Source of the DNA: an uncultured Aliarcobacter sp.
Lineage (GTDB): Bacteria > Campylobacterota > Campylobacteria > Campylobacterales > Arcobacteraceae
DNA: 64,000 nt
Direction of reading: 5' to 3'
Assembly (NCBI GenBank): GCA_963677435.1
Contig: OY781945.1
Location: forward strand, 1-64,000
Below, one piece after another: positions 58,097-64,000 of this stretch. The stretch's first letter is position 1; the number at the start of each line of letters is the position of its first letter. Both the position numbers and the translations under genes were made by a program. The notes under the pieces were generated by a model. It did not search any database, was not told the DNA's origin, and was given only the letters and a program-made list of their open reading frames with translations.

Positions 58097-59905
58097 TTGG
58101 AACCTATTGGTATATTAAAAGATGGTCAAATCTACGACCTTCAAACTGCTCTGGCTTTAAATATCCAAGGAGAAGAGATTAAAGCTGATGATTCAAAAGA
58201 ATCTTTAGATATTTTAAGACACTCTTGTGCTCACATGATGGCTCAAGCTATCAAAGAACTTTATCCTGAAGCAAAATTCTTCGTTGGACCTGTTGTAAAA
58301 GAAGGTTTTTACTATGATTTTAAAGTAGAAAGTAAAATCTCAGATGAGGATTTACCTACTATTGAAAAGAAAATGAAAGAAATCGCAGATAGAAAACTTC
58401 CTATTACCCGACACGAAACTACAAAAGAAGAGTTTTTCGAAAAATTCAAAAATGATGAATTAAAACAAGCTGTTCTTAAAAATATCAAAGATGATACTCT
58501 AACGATCTATAAACAAGGTGATTTTGAAGATTTATGTAGAGGCCCTCACTTACCAAATACTAGAATGATTAGAAGTTTCAAACTAACAAGAGTTGCTGGT
58601 GCATATCTTGGTGGTGATGAAAAAAATGAAATGATTACTAGAATCTATGGTATTGCATTTTTTGACAAACAAGCATTATTTGATTATTCAAAAATGATTG
58701 AAGAAGCTAAAAAAAGAGATCATAGAAAACTTGGAACTGAATTAGAGCTTTTTACATTTAATGATGATGTAGGAGCAGGTCTTCCAATGTGGTTACCAAA
58801 TGGTGCAAGATTAAGATCTAAACTTGAACACCTTTTATATAAAGCACATAGAATTAGAGGTTATGAACCAGTTCGTGGTCCTGAAATATTAAAAGCAGAA
58901 ATGTGGAAAATATCTGGTCACTATGCAAACTACAAAGAAAATATGTACTTTACTACTATTGATGATCAAGAATATGGTATTAAACCAATGAACTGTGTCG
59001 GTCATATTCAAATCTTTAAAAACAATTTAGTTTCATATAAAGATTTACCAAAAAAACTTTTTGAATATGGTGTTGTTCATAGACATGAAATGTCAGGGGC
59101 TATGCATGGATTATTTAGAGTTAGAGAATTTACTCAAGATGATTCACATATATTTTGTACACAAGATCAAATCAAGCAAGTAATATTTGAAGTTCTTGAA
59201 TTTGTAGATTCATTACTTAAAATGTTTGATTTCAAATATGAAATTGAAGTATCTACGAAACCAGAAAAAGCAATTGGTGATGATATTTTCTGGGAAAAAA
59301 CAACTGCTGGTATCATGGATGCCTTAAATGAAAAAAATATTGAATATGGAATTGATGAAGGTGGAGGAGCATTTTATGGTCCAAAAATCGACATTAAAAT
59401 CTTAGATGCAATTGGAAGAAAATGGCAATGTGGAACTGTTCAAGTAGATATGAACTTACCTTCTAGATTTAATGCTGAATTCATCAACGAAAAAGGTGAA
59501 AAAGAACAACCAGTAATGATTCACAGAGCAATACTAGGTTCTTTTGAAAGATTTATAGGAATTTTAACTGAGCATTGTGCTGGTGAATTTCCATTTGCAA
59601 TTGCACCAACTCAAGTTATTTTTGTACCAATTGCTGATACTCATGTTGAATATGCAAAAGAGTTACAAAAAGAATTACAAGAAAATGATATGGATTCAAA
59701 AATCTTTGATATGAACGAAAGTTTAAATAAAAGAATTAGAATGGCAGAAAAACAAAGAGTTCCAATGATAGTTGTTATTGGTGATGAGGAAGTTGCTAAT
59801 AAATCTATTGCGTTAAGAAATAGAAGAACAAGAGAACAATCTAACATGAGCAAAGATGAGTTTATATCTATGCTAAATGAAATAATAAGCGGGAGCAAAA
59901 TTTGA
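58097..59905 (+). CDS. thrS: Threonine--tRNA ligase
   Basis: [48 protein letters not shown] start. Confidence 0.98.
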   Translation: MEPIGILKDGQIYDLQTALALNIQGEEIKADDSKESLDILRHSCAHMMAQAIKELYPEAKFFVGPVVKEGFYYDFKVESKISDEDLPTIEKKMKEIADRKLPITRHETTKEEFFEKFKNDELKQAVLKNIKDDTLTIYKQGDFEDLCRGPHLPNTRMIRSFKLTRVAGAYLGGDEKNEMITRIYGIAFFDKQALFDYSKMIEEAKKRDHRKLGTELELFTFNDDVGAGLPMWLPNGARLRSKLEHLLYKAHRIRGYEPVRGPEILKAEMWKISGHYANYKENMYFTTIDDQEYGIKPMNCVGHIQIFKNNLVSYKDLPKKLFEYGVVHRHEMSGAMHGLFRVREFTQDDSHIFCTQDQIKQVIFEVLEFVDSLLKMFDFKYEIEVSTKPEKAIGDDIFWEKTTAGIMDALNEKNIEYGIDEGGGAFYGPKIDIKILDAIGRKWQCGTVQVDMNLPSRFNAEFINEKGEKEQPVMIHRAILGSFERFIGILTEHCAGEFPFAIAPTQVIFVPIADTHVEYAKELQKELQENDMDSKIFDMNESLNKRIRMAEKQRVPMIVVIGDEEVANKSIALRNRRTREQSNMSKDEFISMLNEIISGSKI

Positions 59906-60426
59906 GTAAAGACAAAAGAAAAGACGATGTAATCATGAATGAAATGATTACAGTAAAAGAAGTGAGATGTACAGGTGATGATGGAACTAATTATGGGATA
60001 ATTAGCACAGCTGAAGCACTTCAAACTGCAGATAGCTTAGGTTTAGACTTAGTGTTAATTGCCCCAGATGGTAAACCACCTGTTGCTAAAATTATGGATT
60101 ATGGTAAATTTAGATACCAACAAGAAAAAAAGAAAAAAGAAGCTAAAAAAAATCAAAAAGTAATTGTTGTTAAAGAGATTAAATTATCTGTTAAAATTGC
60201 TGAAAATGATATTAGCTATAAAGTAAAACATGCAAGAGAATTCATTGAAGAAGGAAATCATGTTAAATTTAGAGTTTTCTTAAAAGGTAGAGAAATGGCT
60301 AATCCACAATCTGGAGTTGATGTTTTAAATAAAATATGGCCAATGATTGAAGATATTGCAGTTATGGATAAAGAACCTAAACTTGAAGGAAGATACGTTA
60401 ATATGATGGCTCTTCCAAAAAACTAA
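59902..60426 (+). CDS. infC: Translation initiation factor IF-3
   Basis: [28 protein letters not shown] start overlapping the thrS stop. Confidence 0.97.
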   Translation: MSKDKRKDDVIMNEMITVKEVRCTGDDGTNYGIISTAEALQTADSLGLDLVLIAPDGKPPVAKIMDYGKFRYQQEKKKKEAKKNQKVIVVKEIKLSVKIAENDISYKVKHAREFIEEGNHVKFRVFLKGREMANPQSGVDVLNKIWPMIEDIAVMDKEPKLEGRYVNMMALPKN

Positions 60427-60440
60427 CAAATTTTGCTCCA

Positions 60441-60472
60441 AAGAAAAAGAAGGGTTTACCTCTTCTTTTTCT
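60441..60472 (+). terminator. Terminator-like hairpin after infC
   Basis: AGAAAAAGAAGGG...CCTCTTCTTTTTCT. Confidence 0.55.
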
Positions 60473-60585
60473 ATTTTAAATAAAAAAAATCAATATTCTT
60501 AAACTTATATCAAGTTCTTTTTAAGTATAATCCAAAACTTTTTCATGTTTAAATGAAATTGCAAATTTATAAGGAGGATTCTTCA

Positions 60586-60783
60586 ATGCCAAAAATGAAA
60601 ACAGTTAGTGGCGCTTTAAAAAGATTTAAAGTGAAGAAAAACGGGTCAATTAAAAGAGGATCAGCTTTTAGAAGCCATATCTTAACTAAAATGACACAAA
60701 AAAGAAAAAGAAACTTAAGAGGACCAAAAACTGTACATAGTACTGATGCTGGTAGAATTCTTATAGCGTTGTGTAAAGCGTAA
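60586..60783 (+). CDS. rpmI: 50S ribosomal protein L35
   Basis: MPKMKT...KRFKV...SHILTK; start ATG 60586 after AGGAGG. Confidence 0.97.
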   Translation: MPKMKTVSGALKRFKVKKNGSIKRGSAFRSHILTKMTQKRKRNLRGPKTVHSTDAGRILIALCKA

Positions 60784-60886
60784 TTACTTTTTAAAAAAAG
60801 TAATTTTTGTCCCTCCATCGATGATGGAAAAGTTCAGCAATAGCTGACACCTTATTTAAAAATAATGGTAAAGAAAGGAAATATAT

Positions 60887-61243
60887 ATGCCTAGAGTTAA
60901 AACTGGTGTTGTAAGAAGAAGAAGACACAAGAAAGTATTAAAAGCTGCTAGAGGTTTCTTCAGTGGTAGAAGAAAACACTTTAGAAAAGCTAAAGAACAA
61001 TTAGAAAGATCTTTAGTTTATGCTTTTAGAGATAGAAGACAGAAAAAAAGAGATATTAGAAAACTATGGATTATAAGAATCAATGCAGCTTGTAGATTAA
61101 ATGATATTAACTACTCAAGATTCATGAACGGATTAAAATTATCTGGTTTAGAATTTGATAGAAAAATTTTAGCTGATATGGCTATGAATGATTCTGCTGC
61201 ATTTGCATCTTTAGTAGTAACTGCTAAATCTGCACTAAAATAA
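60887..61243 (+). CDS. rplT: 50S ribosomal protein L20
   Basis: [31 protein letters not shown]. Confidence 0.98.
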   Translation: MPRVKTGVVRRRRHKKVLKAARGFFSGRRKHFRKAKEQLERSLVYAFRDRRQKKRDIRKLWIIRINAACRLNDINYSRFMNGLKLSGLEFDRKILADMAMNDSAAFASLVVTAKSALK

Positions 61244-61258
61244 ATTTGCAAAAACATT

Positions 61259-61298
61259 AAAAAAGGCTTAGAAGATTTTCTTCTAAGCCTTTTTTTTT
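61259..61298. terminator. Bidirectional intrinsic terminator after rplT
   Basis: AAAAAAGGCTTAGAAGA-ttt-TCTTCTAAGCCTTTTTTTTT. Confidence 0.85.
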
Positions 61299-61314
61299 AC
61301 TCAATTTTAAATTA

Positions 61315-62115
61315 CTATTTTTTTATTTCATTGTTTACTAATGTAGTGGGTAAACCTTCTTTTTTCCAAGTATCAAATCCTGCTGAATAAACCATTACTT
61401 CTTTATAATCTAATGAGACTAACCTATTTGCAATGTCATGTGACTTTTCACAACTATAATTTTCACAAAAAACAACAATTTTTTCATTTTTATTTATAGG
61501 AAATCTACCAATTAATTTATTAAGATTTGTATCAGGAATTGAGATTGCACCAAGTATGGTTTCTTGTAAAAACTTCGAATAAAGTCTTGAATCAACAATC
61601 AAAGCAGAATTTTTTTCTTGAAAAACTTTTATTACTGAGGTATCAATTTCAAGATAACTTAAATCTTTCCATTGGGCTTCTCCTCCTAAATAAACTTTTA
61701 CTTTTGAAAATCCCTTTTCTTTTAATTTTTGGGCAATAATTACACTTTTAGTACAAGTAGAACTTGCACAATAAACTATTAATTCTTTATCCAGAGGAAT
61801 ATCTTTTAATACAGTAAAATACTCTTCAAACTTTGTATCTGGAATATTTATACTTGAGGGAATTGTCCCTTTTTGATATTTTATTTCAGGTCTAACATCT
61901 ATTAAAATAACATCTGCTGAAGTTCTATTTCCTTTTTTTATGACTTTTTTTACATAATTAAAGTCAACTTCTTCTAAATGATTATTCTGGAGTAATTCAA
62001 GAATCTTTTTTTCGGAAATTGACATAGAATCAACTTCTGCAGCAAAAGTTAATGAGCCTATAAAAATATAAACTAATAGACTTATATTAAAAAAAATTAA
62101 AAATTTTTTTCTCAA
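61315..62115 (-). CDS. Exported tandem rhodanese-domain sulfurtransferase
   Basis: Signal/TM N-terminus; two domains LIDVRP..GTIPSSINIP..VYCASSTC and IVDSR..TILGAISIP..VFCENYSC. Confidence 0.9.
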   Translation of the reverse strand: MRKKFLIFFNISLLVYIFIGSLTFAAEVDSMSISEKKILELLQNNHLEEVDFNYVKKVIKKGNRTSADVILIDVRPEIKYQKGTIPSSINIPDTKFEEYFTVLKDIPLDKELIVYCASSTCTKSVIIAQKLKEKGFSKVKVYLGGEAQWKDLSYLEIDTSVIKVFQEKNSALIVDSRLYSKFLQETILGAISIPDTNLNKLIGRFPINKNEKIVVFCENYSCEKSHDIANRLVSLDYKEVMVYSAGFDTWKKEGLPTTLVNNEIKK

Positions 62116-62124
62116 ATTTATTCC

Positions 62125-63594
62125 TTATGCTTTACCACTTAACATTCCATATTGTGTCATTGGTTTTAATAAATATACTTTTAATAACCACCAAATATAT
62201 CTCTCTTGTGTTGGATCTAAAGGAAATGATGGAGTTGGTTTTGCTGTCCAATCAAACTCTGCTAACATAACTTTTCCAATATCAGTTATTAATGGACAAA
62301 CTGTATATCCACCATATTTAGCAGTTGGTTCTTTCCCTTCCATTACTGATACTAAGTTATCAACGAGCACTTTATATTGTTTTCTAACTGAACCACCTGT
62401 TTTACCCATAGGAACAGCTGCAATATCACCTAATGAGAAGATATTATTATATTTAACATGTTGTAATGTTTCTTTATTAACAGGAACCCAACCTTTTGCA
62501 GAGCCAACAGCAGAATTTGCTATTTCATTAGGAGCTTTTTGAGGAGGAGTTATGTGTAAAAAATCAAAAGGAATATCAACATTTGCATGTTTAGTAACAG
62601 TTTCATACTCTTCTAAATCTTTATCATATTCACCTTTTTCTTGCCAATGTTTATCAAATGTTGCTATTTTCTTTGTAAAATCAACACCTGTTAAATTATG
62701 ATTAAAATTCCACTTCATATCTCTTGTAATAAACTGTTTTTCAATTGCATCTGCATACTCTTTTACGCCAAATAATTTTCCAGAATCTGTATAAAATGAT
62801 AAATCTGCATTTACTCTTGCATTTGCTTCATTTAATCTAGCATTTGTAAGATACATAACTTTTTTAGGAGCACCACCACATTTGATTGCAGTATTTGGAT
62901 CAGTGAATACACCATTTACTTTTTGTCCATCTTTTGCTTTTTGTACAAACTTTTGCATTTGTTCCCACATAGCAACTGATGAATCAATATTATAAACTGA
63001 AGTTACACCTGTATCTTTAAAAACTTTTAATATTTTAGAAGCATCTCCAGCTGTATAAGCATCTCCAACCTCTTCTAATCCTTTAATTGCTCCATAATCT
63101 AATGCAATTCCTGCTGCGATAATTAAAAAATCATAAGTTAAAGTATCTCCTGATTCTAAAGCAACTTTATTAGCATCAGGATTAAAATCAATAGCTCTAT
63201 CTTTTAAAAGGGTTACACCATTTGGCAAAAAATCTTTTGTATCATAATCAATATCTGCTTTTGTATAGATTCCAGATGCAACTAGTGTTGTTCCTGGTTG
63301 GTAACACACAGATTTTGGATTTGGTTCAACTATTGTTATATCAGGATTAGATAAAGTATTTGCTAATCTAGCAGCAGTTGAAATACCAGCTAATCCTCCT
63401 CCAATAATTAAAATTTTCCCAACAGCATCACTAGCTTTTGCTTCAGTAGCAGCTTGAGCATCACTTCCACCTCCTAATAAATAGGCTGCTGAACCAAGTC
63501 CCGCTAATTTGAAAGCTTCTCTTCTAGAAATTCCACTTTTTTTTATTTCACAATCAACTAGTTCTAAAGCTTTATCTAGTTCATTCTTTATCAT
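62125..63594 (-). CDS. sqr: Tat-signal FAD-dependent sulfide:quinone oxidoreductase (type II-like)
   Basis: SRREAFK Tat motif, IIGGGLAG, YQPG, KCGGAP and GYTVCP catalytic Cys motifs, FSLGD; start moved to ATG 63594 after AAGGA. Confidence 0.82.
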   Translation of the reverse strand: MIKNELDKALELVDCEIKKSGISRREAFKLAGLGSAAYLLGGGSDAQAATEAKASDAVGKILIIGGGLAGISTAARLANTLSNPDITIVEPNPKSVCYQPGTTLVASGIYTKADIDYDTKDFLPNGVTLLKDRAIDFNPDANKVALESGDTLTYDFLIIAAGIALDYGAIKGLEEVGDAYTAGDASKILKVFKDTGVTSVYNIDSSVAMWEQMQKFVQKAKDGQKVNGVFTDPNTAIKCGGAPKKVMYLTNARLNEANARVNADLSFYTDSGKLFGVKEYADAIEKQFITRDMKWNFNHNLTGVDFTKKIATFDKHWQEKGEYDKDLEEYETVTKHANVDIPFDFLHITPPQKAPNEIANSAVGSAKGWVPVNKETLQHVKYNNIFSLGDIAAVPMGKTGGSVRKQYKVLVDNLVSVMEGKEPTAKYGGYTVCPLITDIGKVMLAEFDWTAKPTPSFPLDPTQERYIWWLLKVYLLKPMTQYGMLSGKA

Positions 63595-64000
63595 TTTAGT
63601 TTCCTTGATTTTATTAATAATTATGAATAAGGATAACAAAATAAATATAACAAGTGACTTATAAGAAAATATTTCTTTATCTTTATATTATAAGTTTATA
63701 TTATATTATTTAAAGCTTCTTCATAGTCATTTTTATTATTTATATTTATAAATTCACTATTATTTTGGAATTGTATTATTTTATAATTATTATTTTTTAT
63801 GAGATGAAAAATTTTATGTATATTATTTAAAATCATAGTTTTAATACTTAAACTTATATTTGATGAAAATATTCCACATAGATTATGAGTTTTTTCCGTT
63901 TGTGCAATGCAAATATCATAATCTTTTGATTCATAAATTAATTTAGATATTGTTTGAATTGATACAAAAGGAGAATCAACAGTTATTATAAATATTTTTT

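Noticed and set aside
63640..64000. ncRNA or ORF in the AT-rich right end
   Set aside because: No supportable ORF or stable structure; probably the sqr promoter region.

Overview
AT-rich bacterial chromosome segment, most consistent with Campylobacterota (Arcobacteraceae-like; inferred from gene content and protein style). (1) 1-18649, minus strand: a type I secretion locus (TolC with an extra SPOR-like C-terminal domain, ABC transporter, HlyD) followed by a giant adhesin ORF that is absent from the ORF track. It starts at 13158, runs off the left edge (at least 4386 aa) and contains about 30 essentially identical 402-bp/134-aa Calx-beta/Ig-like repeats. A two-component system lies divergently. 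(2) 22011-31433: a ~9.4-kb layered accessory island bounded by IS256-type terminal inverted repeats. It holds an internally deleted IS256 transposase, a 17-bp direct repeat bracketing the cargo, and a translationally coupled operon of 4TM protein, metallo-beta-lactamase-fold hydrolase with a Gly-terminated tail, and E2-E1-JAB fusion (a ubiquitin-like conjugation anti-phage system candidate). It also holds an AraC/LysE/PhzF/DMT/cupin module with a visible shared operator between two ~80-bp direct repeats, and an IS21 istB remnant. (3) A SauUSI-like PLD-helicase-DUF3427 protein, then mostly core genes: oadGAB, cydAB with an unannotated 33-aa membrane peptide, six tRNAs, thiG, cutA, nnr, tsaD, dxr, cdsA, traT-like, NFACT, DUF3373, thrS-infC-rpmI-rplT, a tandem rhodanese and a Tat-signal sulfide:quinone oxidoreductase. 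Domain calls come from recognising motifs by eye; no searches were run.
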